DNA from: Candidatus Nomurabacteria bacterium
Lineage (GTDB): Bacteria > Patescibacteriota > Minisyncoccia > Phycocordibacterales > UBA9973
Direction: 5' to 3'
Assembly: GCA_052035405.1 (NCBI GenBank)
Contig: JBPOHQ010000004.1
Coordinates: forward strand, 70,687 to 134,686
DNA length: 64,000 nucleotides
Below, piece by piece: positions 53,622-63,986 of the stretch (the stretch's first letter is position 1; each line of letters opens with the position of its first letter). A model generated the notes under the pieces. That model was not told where the DNA came from. It was given only the letters and a program-made list of their open reading frames with translations, and did no database searches. The position numbers and the translations under genes are program-made.

Positions 53622-54841
53622 ATATTTGTTTCTTTTTTAATTTGAATTAATCTCTTATACTTAACCATTCTTTCTATTTTTCTAGGCGATCCAGACTTTA
53701 ATCCAAAAGCTCCGGTTGCATAAGCAAGGTCTGCTATAAAATCATCTTCTGTCTCCCCGCTCCTATGGCTGATTATTAGTTTTACATTGTTTTGGATTGC
53801 TAATGTTATAGTATCTATCATTTCAGATACAGTACCAATCTGATTGGGTTTAATAATGATTCCATTTATACTTTTACTATTTATAGCTTTTTCTAAAAGG
53901 CTTTTATGAGTTACGGTAAGGTCATCACCTACTACAATCAAATCTTTATGTTTTTCTCGTAACTTTGCAAAACTTTCGAAGTCTTCTTCGTGAAAAGGGT
54001 CTTCTATAGAAATTAATCTGAATTCTTGAATAAGTTCATCATAAATTTTTGCAAGTTCTTCTTTTGAAATACTTTTTCCATCCACCACATACACACCGTC
54101 TTTATAAAAAGAAGAAGCAGCGACATCTAGTGCAAGTCTTACTTTATCCTCACAATCATTTTCTATGATAGCCTCTCTCAAGAAAACCAAGGGTGTTCTT
54201 ATATCAGTAACTTTTGGAGCAAAACCTCCTTCGTCTCCTAAAACAATTGAATCTTCTCCAAGTTCACGGATAATAATATTCTGTAATGAGTCTTGAATCT
54301 TTAGACTCATAGAAACGGCTTCTTGTATGTCATCTACGAGTGTCACTATATGGTACTCTTGGAATGCTAGACCATTCTTCGCATGCTTGCCGCCGTTGAT
54401 TATATTTACAAATAAATGAGTTTGAACTCTTTGATTTACTTCTATAATTCTACTCAGATATTGATAAAGTGGGATACCTAAAGCTTGTGCTCCTAATTTT
54501 AGGGAGGCAATACTTACTCCTATCAGAGAATTAGCTCCTAAATAATCTTTATTTAACGTACCATCAAGAGCAATCATTTTTTTATCAATACTTGCTTGAT
54601 CGACTACAGACATACCAACAAGAGCATCTTTAATAAGAGTGTTTATTTTACCAATAGCATTATCTACCCCTTTGCCATCGGCATCACGAAGTTCGTGTGC
54701 TTCATGCACACCAGTTGACGCACCACTTGGTACTGAAAAACTAGCAGAAAGATTACCAGAAGATACGGTAACTTTAATCGTAGGATTCCCCCTTGAATCA
54801 AGTATATGGATTGCTTCAATTGTATTTATTTTATTTTCCAT
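53618..54841 (-). CDS. eno: enolase
   Basis: ILDSRGNPT N-terminal motif, ~407 aa, catalytic-loop and metal-ligand regions conserved; 4-nt overlap with pyk. Confidence 0.88.
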   Translation of the reverse strand: MENKINTIEAIHILDSRGNPTIKVTVSSGNLSASFSVPSGASTGVHEAHELRDADGKGVDNAIGKINTLIKDALVGMSVVDQASIDKKMIALDGTLNKDYLGANSLIGVSIASLKLGAQALGIPLYQYLSRIIEVNQRVQTHLFVNIINGGKHAKNGLAFQEYHIVTLVDDIQEAVSMSLKIQDSLQNIIIRELGEDSIVLGDEGGFAPKVTDIRTPLVFLREAIIENDCEDKVRLALDVAASSFYKDGVYVVDGKSISKEELAKIYDELIQEFRLISIEDPFHEEDFESFAKLREKHKDLIVVGDDLTVTHKSLLEKAINSKSINGIIIKPNQIGTVSEMIDTITLAIQNNVKLIISHRSGETEDDFIADLAYATGAFGLKSGSPRKIERMVKYKRLIQIKKETNI

Positions 54842-56126
54842 GTCTTCTTAAGAATATCATTAGATCAGAAACATTAGCCCCTGTTGCTCCTGTGTGAATA
54901 ATATCATTTGTTTTTTTAAAAAAATTATACGCATCATAATTTTCTAAATACTCATCAATATTCAGGTTTTGTTCTTTTACTTTTGAGATAGTGTATTCAT
55001 CTATGACCACCCCCGCAGCATCGCTATTGTCCATGCCATCGCTTGCTAATGGGATAAATACGGATCCTGGTGGTACTAACCCTAGTTTTAAAGCACGTAG
55101 GCCCATGTATAGGTTTCTTCCCCCGCTCCCACCTCTCTTTTTTACTTCAAGTACTGGTTCACCCGCAGCTAAGATAAAACAATCTTTATGCGACTCAGTA
55201 TCCAAAATTTTATGCAAAGAGGCATCGACTTCATCGTAGAGCTCAGTCGAAACTATTTTAGTATGAAATCCTAGTTCTTGTGCTTTTTTTAGCATAGCAG
55301 AAACAGCGATATCATTAGAGACCAGGACAAAGTTGTGTACTTTTTCAAAATATTTATCTTCTTTTGGTGTTTCAGTTAAATCAAATTCACCGAGCTGATG
55401 ATTTTGTATGATAGTTAAAGCATCGGTGACAGTAGTCGTATCTTTATAGGTAGGACCAGAAGCAACGTCCTCAAAGTGATTTCCTGGTACATCAGAAAAT
55501 ATAAGTCCAATGACCGTAGCTGGATAGGCTGTCTTTGCTAGTCCGCCACCTTTGAGAGCTGAAATATGCTTTCTCACGGTATTTAATTCTATGGTTGTTT
55601 TACCTGACTTCAAAAATGAATCATATAAGACTCTACCTTGCTCGCACTCTGTTTCTGGATAACATAAAAGAGCTGAACCTCCTCCAGACACAATAGCAAT
55701 GATTAAGTCATCCTCATCTGCATTATCACAAATTTGAAAAATTTTTTCACTTGCTACTGAATTTTCTTCCGATGGACGCGGGTGTGTACCTGCAAATGTT
55801 TCAATATACGTACAGGTTACTGTACGTAATCCAATAATGACACCTTCGTGAATCTTATTACCAAGTATTTTTTCAAGAGCTAATGCCGCATCACATGACG
55901 CCTTACCGAAACCAACAATCTTTATTCTTTTAAATAAAGATAGATCAAATTTTGTTTCAAAAACATGCAAGACATTACCTTCCAGTTTTATTGCGTTTTT
56001 TACAACAACATCTGTTGCGATGCCTTCAAGACCTGCTTCAGCTACAGCGAGTGCAAGCCTGCGATTTTCAATATCTAAGAGCGTTGGCACAAGCACATCA
56101 AAATTTTTAATCCATCTATCTTGCAT
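54831..56126 (-). CDS. glycerate 2-kinase (MOFRL / GckA-TtuD family)
   Basis: N-terminal DUF4147-like region with GFGKASCDAALALE, VSGGGSALL loop, C-terminal MOFRL-like region; 11-nt overlap with eno. Confidence 0.65.
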   Translation of the reverse strand: MQDRWIKNFDVLVPTLLDIENRRLALAVAEAGLEGIATDVVVKNAIKLEGNVLHVFETKFDLSLFKRIKIVGFGKASCDAALALEKILGNKIHEGVIIGLRTVTCTYIETFAGTHPRPSEENSVASEKIFQICDNADEDDLIIAIVSGGGSALLCYPETECEQGRVLYDSFLKSGKTTIELNTVRKHISALKGGGLAKTAYPATVIGLIFSDVPGNHFEDVASGPTYKDTTTVTDALTIIQNHQLGEFDLTETPKEDKYFEKVHNFVLVSNDIAVSAMLKKAQELGFHTKIVSTELYDEVDASLHKILDTESHKDCFILAAGEPVLEVKKRGGSGGRNLYMGLRALKLGLVPPGSVFIPLASDGMDNSDAAGVVIDEYTISKVKEQNLNIDEYLENYDAYNFFKKTNDIIHTGATGANVSDLMIFLRRHGK

Positions 56127-56127
56127 A

Positions 56128-57138
56128 TTATTTTAATACATTAACTGGCGTACCTTTTATAAAACTTTTAATATTTTCTACTGTTGTTGTGATAATTTCT
56201 CCCTCAGCTTCTTTTGAATAAAAAGCGATGTGTGGAGTGACAATAACATTTTTCATATTAATAAGGACTCTATCTTCAAGTAACGTTTTATAATCAGTAA
56301 CCTTGTCTCTTTTTTCTGGGTTGCCTAATATTTCAACCTCTTCTTTTAATTCTCTTTCACCTTCCAACACATCGAGTCCTGCTCCAGCAATGATGCCTTG
56401 ATTTAATGCAGAAACAAGCGCATCTGTATCAACTAATTCACCCCGGGCGGTATTAATCAAATACATACCTTTTTTCAAAAGACTAATATTGTCTTTATTA
56501 ATTAAGTGATGGTTTTCTTTTGTGTATGGAGCATGTAAAGAGATAACATCTGAAAGCGTAAAAACTTCATTTAAAGATTTATATTCAATACCGACTTCTG
56601 TTGCAAAACTCATGTCAGGATACAAGTCATACGCAACAACACGCATACCAAAACCTTTTGCCATTTTTATAAAATTCTTTCCAATCTTTCCTGTTCCTAT
56701 AACACCCATGACTTTGTCTTTTAAGTCAAAACCTCTGAATGAATAAATAGAAAAATCAGCGTTTTCTTTCAGTTCTTGGTTTGCAAGATATACTTTTCTA
56801 GAAAGGTTTAAAAGTAAAGCAAAAGCAAATTCAGCAACCGTAGAAGAACCATACGCAGGAACGTTTGATACAAGTATGTTTTTAGAACGTGCATACGCGA
56901 CATCTATATGATCAAATCCTGTAGAACGAGTGGTTATGTATTTTAGAGTAGGTATGGCATCTATAATGCTCGAGCTAATCATTGAGTTTATAAAGATAGA
57001 GATAACTTCCGCGTCTTTTGTAAGAGCGACATTTTCTTCCGTTAATTTTTCTTGATAAAAAGAGACTTGATCTTCTGGGAAAAACTGCTTAAGCATTTCC
57101 TGTTCGACAGTCGGCACTTCAAAAAATATGATTTTCAT
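56128..57138 (-). CDS. D-isomer-specific 2-hydroxyacid dehydrogenase (glycerate/hydroxypyruvate reductase or D-lactate dehydrogenase-like)
   Basis: NAD Rossmann GVIGTGKIGKNF...VVAYD, catalytic R/E/H triad context (NTARG...D, ...TPHIAF). Confidence 0.8.
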   Translation of the reverse strand: MKIIFFEVPTVEQEMLKQFFPEDQVSFYQEKLTEENVALTKDAEVISIFINSMISSSIIDAIPTLKYITTRSTGFDHIDVAYARSKNILVSNVPAYGSSTVAEFAFALLLNLSRKVYLANQELKENADFSIYSFRGFDLKDKVMGVIGTGKIGKNFIKMAKGFGMRVVAYDLYPDMSFATEVGIEYKSLNEVFTLSDVISLHAPYTKENHHLINKDNISLLKKGMYLINTARGELVDTDALVSALNQGIIAGAGLDVLEGERELKEEVEILGNPEKRDKVTDYKTLLEDRVLINMKNVIVTPHIAFYSKEAEGEIITTTVENIKSFIKGTPVNVLK

Positions 57139-57169
57139 GAGACCATTATATCATAAGAATACGTAAATA

Positions 57170-57553
57170 TTACTTGAAAAGTCTGTTGAAAAAAGAGAAG
57201 AAATTACTTTGTTTTTCTTGATTACCCTCTACCTCTTCATTCTTTTTTGGGTTAATAACCACAATCATGCCTTCTCCTTCCCTTGCCAACCCAAACTTTT
57301 CTCTAATAAGTGACTCTTTACCTTTGTCTGTGTTGAGGGTATTAATCTCTGTATGTAATTGGTCTTTTTTATCTAAGAGCTCAGCCACCTTGTTTTCTGC
57401 AATATCTCGAGATTTACGTGCTTCTATCATTTTACCTAAAAAAAGGATAATATTAATTGCAAAAAAAACAAGTAACAATGAGAGAATGACCAAAGAAGGC
57501 CAGGATTCTAGCAGTTTTCTCCAATCACTTTTTTTGTCTTGAAAACTATTCAT
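57170..57553 (-). CDS. septum formation initiator (FtsB/DivIC-like)
   Basis: 127 aa; single N-terminal TM followed by a coiled coil (LLDKKDQLHTEINTLNTDKGKESLIREKFGL), matching the FtsB/DivIC pattern. Confidence 0.55.
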   Translation of the reverse strand: MNSFQDKKSDWRKLLESWPSLVILSLLLVFFAINIILFLGKMIEARKSRDIAENKVAELLDKKDQLHTEINTLNTDKGKESLIREKFGLAREGEGMIVVINPKKNEEVEGNQEKQSNFFSFFNRLFK

Positions 57554-57693
57554 ATTATGTTAGTATAACACTATATGCTTTTCAATAAGAAACATCAAAA
57601 GAAAGTACAGATCGCTTGGGCAATCCTTTCAGGACTTATTATTCTGAGTATGATACTGCTGTATTCACCTATTTTTCTTACAAAATAAGGTTT

Positions 57694-59496
57694 TTAGTTT
57701 TCTCCACTACGCATCATTTTAAGAAATACATCTTGAGGGATGTTTACTGTGCCTCTTTCTTTCATCTTTTTCTTTCCTTTTTTCTGTTTTTCCCAAAGTT
57801 TCTTCTTACGAGTAATATCTCCACCGTACAAATACCCTGTAACGTCTTTTCTGTATGCAGCTACTGTACGAGATGAAATTATTCGCCCTAAAGCTTTTCC
57901 TTGAATTTTCATCACAAAAAGCTGTCGTGGTAAAATCGTGTGTAATTTTTCTACAGTTTTTTCTGCTTCTTCTTCTGCTTTTTTACGAGAAACAACTCTT
58001 GAGAAAGCAGGAACGATTTCGTCAGCCACCAATATGTCCAATCTTGTAACGTTTGCTGCACGCATTTCTCCTAGTTCATAAGAAATAGAACCATAACCAG
58101 AAGAAACACTTTTAAGTTCATCGAAGAAATTTCGCATGAGTTCACGAAGAGGCATTTTTAAAGAAAGCTGTGAACGATTGTCTCCAAAAGTCATTGTCTC
58201 CCCCACTTCTGCTTCGTGATCAAAAAGTATTTGCATGACTCCTCCTAAGTAAGGAGACGGAACTATTATTTTTGCATCTACCCAAGGCTCTAATACTTCT
58301 GTAATATTTGCATCGTCGGGGAAAAAATACGGAGAATAGATTTTTTCTTTTTTACCATGTTTAGTAGTAACTTCATAGGTAATAGAAGGAGTTGTAATCA
58401 CTAGTTCTAGATTAAACTCTCGCTTGAGTCTTTCAGTAATGATTTCCAAATGAAGCATCCCTAAAAATCCGGCTCTAAAACCTCGTCCCAAAGAACCACT
58501 AGATTCTTCCTCAAAAGAAAAAGATGAGTCAGACAATTTTAACTTACTCAATGCCATCTTCAGCTCTAGAAAATCATCCGCATCTTCTGGGAAAATAGAT
58601 GCCCAAACAATAGGAGTAGGTTTCATGTATCCAGGTAATGGGGGCATAGGATTTTTAAGCATTGTTATAGTGTCTCCAACAGAAGCTATTCCAGGTTTTT
58701 TTATACCAGTCACAATGTATCCAGTATCCCCAGCTGCAAGGAAATCTCTCGGTGTTTCTTCTGGAGAAAATGTACCAACTTCAAGTGACATAAATTTCTC
58801 ACCAGACACAGAAAAAAGAAGTTGATCATTTTTTCTAATTTTTCCGTCTAAAATACGTACAAATACTATGACCCCTCTATGATTAGAATATTTAAAATCA
58901 AAAACTAATGCACGAAGACTATTATCTTCTTCATAAGTTTTTATAGGTGGAGGGACTCTACGAATAACTTCTTTTAAAAGTTCTTCGACTCCTTCTCCGG
59001 TACGTCCTGATACAAGCAATATCTCGTCTGGATCACAATCCAAAAGTTCTACTACTTCTTCAGTGACTTCATCTACTCTAGATAACGGTGAGTCAATTTT
59101 AGATAATACGGGAATAATCTTAAGACCTCCTTCACGAGCCATGTTAAGCGTTGTAAGTGTCTGAGCCTGAACTCCCTGAGTACTATCAACTAGTAAGATT
59201 GAACCCTCTACGGCCTTAAGAGCACGAGAAACTTCATAAGAGAAATCTATGTGCCCTGGTGTATCTATGAGGTTTAAAACGTAATTTTGACCCTCAAAAG
59301 AGTACTCCATACGCACTGGCTGCATCTTAATAGTGATACCTCTTTCCCTTTCAAGCTCCATCGAGTCCAATACCTGATCACGCATTTTACGAGTCTCGAT
59401 AGTATGTGTGATTTCAAGCATTCTATCAGCCAGGGTGCTTTTACCGTGGTCGATATGAGCTATAATTGAAAAATTTCTAATGTGTTTTAATTCCAT
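57694..59496 (-). CDS. lepA: translation elongation factor 4 (LepA)
   Basis: G1 AHIDHGKST, DTPGHIDF, NKID; 600 aa with LepA-specific C-terminal domain. Confidence 0.92.
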   Translation of the reverse strand: MELKHIRNFSIIAHIDHGKSTLADRMLEITHTIETRKMRDQVLDSMELERERGITIKMQPVRMEYSFEGQNYVLNLIDTPGHIDFSYEVSRALKAVEGSILLVDSTQGVQAQTLTTLNMAREGGLKIIPVLSKIDSPLSRVDEVTEEVVELLDCDPDEILLVSGRTGEGVEELLKEVIRRVPPPIKTYEEDNSLRALVFDFKYSNHRGVIVFVRILDGKIRKNDQLLFSVSGEKFMSLEVGTFSPEETPRDFLAAGDTGYIVTGIKKPGIASVGDTITMLKNPMPPLPGYMKPTPIVWASIFPEDADDFLELKMALSKLKLSDSSFSFEEESSGSLGRGFRAGFLGMLHLEIITERLKREFNLELVITTPSITYEVTTKHGKKEKIYSPYFFPDDANITEVLEPWVDAKIIVPSPYLGGVMQILFDHEAEVGETMTFGDNRSQLSLKMPLRELMRNFFDELKSVSSGYGSISYELGEMRAANVTRLDILVADEIVPAFSRVVSRKKAEEEAEKTVEKLHTILPRQLFVMKIQGKALGRIISSRTVAAYRKDVTGYLYGGDITRKKKLWEKQKKGKKKMKERGTVNIPQDVFLKMMRSGEN

Positions 59497-59514
59497 AATT
59501 ATATTTTATTATGA

Positions 59515-61296
59515 CTAGTCTTGTTCTTCTAAAAATCCCCCAGTCTGTCTATTCCAAAGATTCGCATAAGAACCATTTTTTTCTAATAATTCTTTATGAT
59601 TCCCTTCCTCTACTATTTTACCTTTATTAAGTACGATAATCCTATCCATTTGTTGTATTGTAGAAAGTCTATGAGCTATCACAATAGTGGTTTTGCCTTT
59701 CATTAATTCATTAAATGCGTCTTGAATATAAGCTTCACTAATACTATCAAGAGAACTAGTTGCTTCATCAAGAATCAAAATAGGTGTTGGTTTAAGCATT
59801 GCACGAGCTATAGCAACACGCTGCCTCTCGCCACCAGAAAGTTTCACACCTCTCTCTCCAACCAGAGTATCATAACCTTTACTTAAATTCACTATAAATT
59901 CATGAGCATGAGCTTTTTTTGCTGCTTCGACTATCTCTTCATCGGTTGCATCGTCTTTAGAATAAGAGATATTTTCTTTTATTGATCTGTGAAATAAAAC
60001 AGGCTCTTGAGGAACATAAGAGATCGCTCTACGTAATTCATCTTGCGTCACTTTACTTATACTCTGTCCATCAATAAATATATCTCCAGAATTTATATCG
60101 GTAAAACGTAATAATAATTTTGTAATAGTAGATTTACCACTACCAGAAAATCCAACTAATCCTATCTTTTCCCCTTTTCTAACTTCTAAATTAAAATTAT
60201 TCAATACATCTACTTCTGCTATATAACCAAAAGAAACATTTTTAAATACAATATTACCTTCTTTCATTCTTGATATTTCTGGATTTATAGGATCTTTTAC
60301 ATCTATATCCCTTTCAAAAATATCAACCATTTCTTTGGCATCAGTTAAAGCTTCCATGAAATTTGTAAGACCAGAAGAAAGGTCCCATATCCTGTCTATA
60401 ATTGCAATAAAATAGACATAAGCCATCACAAAAACACCCACACTAATCTCTCCCTTAGACCACAGATGTATCATTGTATATATGATATATACATGAAAAG
60501 TTGTCATCATAAAAGACTGCAAAGCGTTTCTTCCTAGAGCAAATTTCCATGCAGCATAAATAGAATCTTTCAAAAAAGTTGAAACATTTTTAAAATTATT
60601 AAATTCTTTATCAAAAGCAGAAAATACTTTTATATTAGAGATGTTGGTTATTGTGTCAGCTAGTGTTCCTGTCATTTTTGAATCGGCTTCTGCTCTTTTT
60701 AGGTCAATTTTTATTTTGCTTTTAACAAAAATTGCCACTAATATAGAATATATAAAACACCATATTAAAAAATAAAAAGCTAGTGTTTTTGATTGGAAAG
60801 ATAAAGCGATAACGGAACTTATGATGGTGATACTCGTTGTCCAAAAATTATGAAGAAGAACACTGCTGATTGTCTCAAATGCTTTAACTAAGCGTTTTAC
60901 TCTTGCTACGATACCACCAGTAAAAGAATTTGCATAAAAATTATGTGAATGAAGAGCTAGTTTTTGGAAAGAAAAATCATATATATCTTTTATAACTTTA
61001 CTTGTAAACCTGAAGTTAACCCATTCTAAATATCTACTCAAAGTCATCGATAGAGCAAAAGAGACAGCCATTGGTATTAAATAGGAAAAAGCAATATGAG
61101 CCCTATCTTCTACCAAGAAAGCTTCGTTCCCTAAGATATCAATTATATTTTTATATGTAAGTCCCGTAAAAATATTTAAAAAGAAAACCCTTCCTGTGGC
61201 AATAAGAAAAAGCGAAAAAAAAGCAAACTTATAAGCTTTTATGAATGACCATATATATTTAAATATTTTAGAAAATGACAACATAAAAGTACCCAT
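59515..61296 (-). CDS. ABC transporter, fused permease/ATPase (MsbA-like exporter)
   Basis: 6-TM N-terminal domain, Walker A GFSGSGKST, signature LSGGERQR, Walker B ILILDEATS. Confidence 0.85.
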   Translation of the reverse strand: MGTFMLSFSKIFKYIWSFIKAYKFAFFSLFLIATGRVFFLNIFTGLTYKNIIDILGNEAFLVEDRAHIAFSYLIPMAVSFALSMTLSRYLEWVNFRFTSKVIKDIYDFSFQKLALHSHNFYANSFTGGIVARVKRLVKAFETISSVLLHNFWTTSITIISSVIALSFQSKTLAFYFLIWCFIYSILVAIFVKSKIKIDLKRAEADSKMTGTLADTITNISNIKVFSAFDKEFNNFKNVSTFLKDSIYAAWKFALGRNALQSFMMTTFHVYIIYTMIHLWSKGEISVGVFVMAYVYFIAIIDRIWDLSSGLTNFMEALTDAKEMVDIFERDIDVKDPINPEISRMKEGNIVFKNVSFGYIAEVDVLNNFNLEVRKGEKIGLVGFSGSGKSTITKLLLRFTDINSGDIFIDGQSISKVTQDELRRAISYVPQEPVLFHRSIKENISYSKDDATDEEIVEAAKKAHAHEFIVNLSKGYDTLVGERGVKLSGGERQRVAIARAMLKPTPILILDEATSSLDSISEAYIQDAFNELMKGKTTIVIAHRLSTIQQMDRIIVLNKGKIVEEGNHKELLEKNGSYANLWNRQTGGFLEEQD

Positions 61297-61338
61297 TTCT
61301 GGGCTTATTTTTACACTATATCAGAAAAGACTTAATTT

Positions 61339-63018
61339 TTAAAGCCCTTCTTCTTCTGAGATAATAATCTTTGCTTTCCAGAATTTTGTCTTTAAAGCAC
61401 GTAAGAGCACATAGAGTTGTTCATTCTTAAAGAGATAGAGGACTATACCACCCGCAATAACACCAAGGATACCAGAGATAAAACCTTCTAAAAACACTCC
61501 CCAAAAAGTACTATTACTAAAAACTCCTGAAAATGCATTTAAGCTTAAATATGAAACAAGCCCTAAGAAAAATGACGCTGCAAGACTTTGAAAGAATGCT
61601 TTTGAGATAAATACAGTGTCTTTCATAAAATCTTTTTTTATAAAAAATCCTAAGATAGTACAGTTAATGACTGTACCCACACTATATGCAAGCGGTAGCA
61701 TAAGTACCGCTGTACCAGGTATATCTGAGACCTTTAATATTGATTCTATAAAATTCTTAAATAAGGCGTACTCCTTAAAAAGAAATAAAAATAATGAAGA
61801 AAACATGATAATAGCCACAGAGGAAAGAAAGTTAACCACGAGAGGCCTCTTAGTATTACCACCAGCATAGTATGCTCTTGCAAAAAGAGCAGTTAATCCC
61901 TGAGCCACAATTGATATGGAAAAAATCGCAACTGATGCGGCGACAAGTCTTGTATTTTCCCACGAAAAAGATCCCGAACCTAGAATGACCCGGACGATTT
62001 GAGCACGAAGAACAATAAATAAAAAAGTAATGGGTAGTGACCAAAAAATAATCTGCTTTGCTCCGGCGGTTATGTAGTCTTTAAATTCTTCCAATCGTCC
62101 TGCGGAATATGACTTAGTCAGCATTGGAAACGCAGCAACTGCATATGAGAGTCCTATAATACCTAGCGGTACAGACTGAAGATTGAGAGATAAATTGAAA
62201 ATAGAAATAGAACCGCTGGTTAAATAAGAAGCAAAAGAAACAATACATATAAGTGCAATATTGTTAAAAGATAACCCAAGTGTCCTAGGTATCGACGTAA
62301 AAAATACTTGTTTTATATTCTGCCAATCTATGTGAACATTTAACTTTGGGGTAAGACCACAAGAAACGGAAGAAAAAAACTGAATCAAAAAATGCATACC
62401 CGCTCCGCCAATCACTCCTACAGCTAAACCATGTATTCCAAAAACAGGGTACAAAAATATAATTCCAGCGATAATTCCAAAATTATAAAAAACAGGACTT
62501 AAAGAATATATAAAAAACTTTTTAAAAAGTTGAGTGACCGAACCAAACAAATTAGAAAGTCCCAAGAACACAGGAGACAGGAGCATAATTCGAGAAAGTT
62601 CTACTACTCTCTGCTGCATTGCTACACTGAAGCCTGGAGCAACCCAAGGAACAATATAAGGCATAAGAACAAACACAATGATAGAGACTATCAGCATAGT
62701 TAATAGAAAGACACTAAAAACATCATTGAGAAATTTCCGTGATTCATCAGTAACCAATCCATCATTCATTCTCTGGAGAAGAAAAGGAATCAACACTGTA
62801 ATAGAAACGAGTGAAGCAATGGATATAAAAATAAGATCTGGAATTCTAAAAGCGGCATAATACGCATCAAGACTTGGCCCTGGACCAATAAAGTGAGCAA
62901 TAGCTCTGTCTCTAAACAGCCCCAAAATTTGAGATAAAAAAGCAAAGGAACCAAGCAGAAGTGCTGCTTGGTTCATGTTGCCATATTCTTTACCAAAAAT
63001 CCTGAAAATCCTTTCCAT
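61339..63018 (-). CDS. murJ: lipid II flippase MurJ (MviN/MOP superfamily)
   Basis: 559 aa, ~14 TM helices, N-terminal region with conserved Arg/Asp pattern of MurJ; proximity to cell-wall genes. Confidence 0.65.
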   Translation of the reverse strand: MERIFRIFGKEYGNMNQAALLLGSFAFLSQILGLFRDRAIAHFIGPGPSLDAYYAAFRIPDLIFISIASLVSITVLIPFLLQRMNDGLVTDESRKFLNDVFSVFLLTMLIVSIIVFVLMPYIVPWVAPGFSVAMQQRVVELSRIMLLSPVFLGLSNLFGSVTQLFKKFFIYSLSPVFYNFGIIAGIIFLYPVFGIHGLAVGVIGGAGMHFLIQFFSSVSCGLTPKLNVHIDWQNIKQVFFTSIPRTLGLSFNNIALICIVSFASYLTSGSISIFNLSLNLQSVPLGIIGLSYAVAAFPMLTKSYSAGRLEEFKDYITAGAKQIIFWSLPITFLFIVLRAQIVRVILGSGSFSWENTRLVAASVAIFSISIVAQGLTALFARAYYAGGNTKRPLVVNFLSSVAIIMFSSLFLFLFKEYALFKNFIESILKVSDIPGTAVLMLPLAYSVGTVINCTILGFFIKKDFMKDTVFISKAFFQSLAASFFLGLVSYLSLNAFSGVFSNSTFWGVFLEGFISGILGVIAGGIVLYLFKNEQLYVLLRALKTKFWKAKIIISEEEGL

Positions 63019-63026
63019 CTATTTAT

Positions 63027-63986
63027 TTAATTAGTCTTTTTATCTTCTTTTTTTTCAGTTTCAGTGATTGGTTCTGTCGTTGTACTCGGAGTTATATTGC
63101 CTCCATTACCCTTAAGTGAATTTAAGTATTGTAATACATCTTTATCCCCTGGTACTGTAGAGAGAGCTTGCTCGGCATACAGTATAGCCTCAGTATTGTT
63201 TCCCTGATTTTTTTCTAATTGAGATAAGAATATAAGACCAAGAGTGTAGTTAGGTTTTAAGGCAATAGATTCTTTTGCAAAATCTTTCGCTTCTTTTATT
63301 TTATTGTCAGCAAAGTAATTTTTTGAAATTGCTAGCTTTAATGCAGGATTTTTTGGATTTAATTTTGAAGCCTGAAGATACGCTTCGATGCTTTTAGCAT
63401 AAGCATCTTTAACTCCAAGCCCTGCTGCGGTGTTATATACAGCACCAAGCATATCATAATTTAAATAATTTTCTTTATCGTAGCTGATAGCTAAATTAGA
63501 CGCATTTACCGCTTCATCAAAGTAAGACTGTAGTAAAACTTTTTCATCCTCTGTTAAAGCAGTCTGTTTTGAAATCAATGTATTTAATTTAAAGAGATAT
63601 ATCTGGGCATAAGTTCTAAAATAGAAATCATTTTGATGTAATTGAATCGCTTTATTTATAGATGCTTCTGCTTTTTCAACTGTATCTGCAGCTAAAGCAC
63701 CTCTTAGATAAGATACTGAAGCAAAACGTTCAATGTATTTAAATGAAATTCCTGCTGAAACTATCATTAATACTACAAGCAACAATATTGAGAAGAAACT
63801 TTTTCTTGGATCTTCCAAGAAAGAAATCTCCATTACTCCATTCTCTCGAGAAGAAGCAAATATACCTATGTATATACCTAGGAAAGCGAAAGCTAGTAAA
63901 AAGAGCACAACACCTGAAGCATAAAAGAATGCAGCAACCATCAAATACAAAGCTATCAAAAAATAAAGCACTGATTCATGGTTCAT
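63027..63986 (-). CDS. TPR-repeat protein with two N-terminal TM helices
   Basis: 319 aa; repeated 34-aa helical units with A/Y/L periodicity (AIQLHQNDFYFRTYAQIYLFK..., AYAKSIEAYLQASKLNPKN...); C-terminal K/E-rich tail. Confidence 0.55.
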   Translation of the reverse strand: MNHESVLYFLIALYLMVAAFFYASGVVLFLLAFAFLGIYIGIFASSRENGVMEISFLEDPRKSFFSILLLVVLMIVSAGISFKYIERFASVSYLRGALAADTVEKAEASINKAIQLHQNDFYFRTYAQIYLFKLNTLISKQTALTEDEKVLLQSYFDEAVNASNLAISYDKENYLNYDMLGAVYNTAAGLGVKDAYAKSIEAYLQASKLNPKNPALKLAISKNYFADNKIKEAKDFAKESIALKPNYTLGLIFLSQLEKNQGNNTEAILYAEQALSTVPGDKDVLQYLNSLKGNGGNITPSTTTEPITETEKKEDKKTN

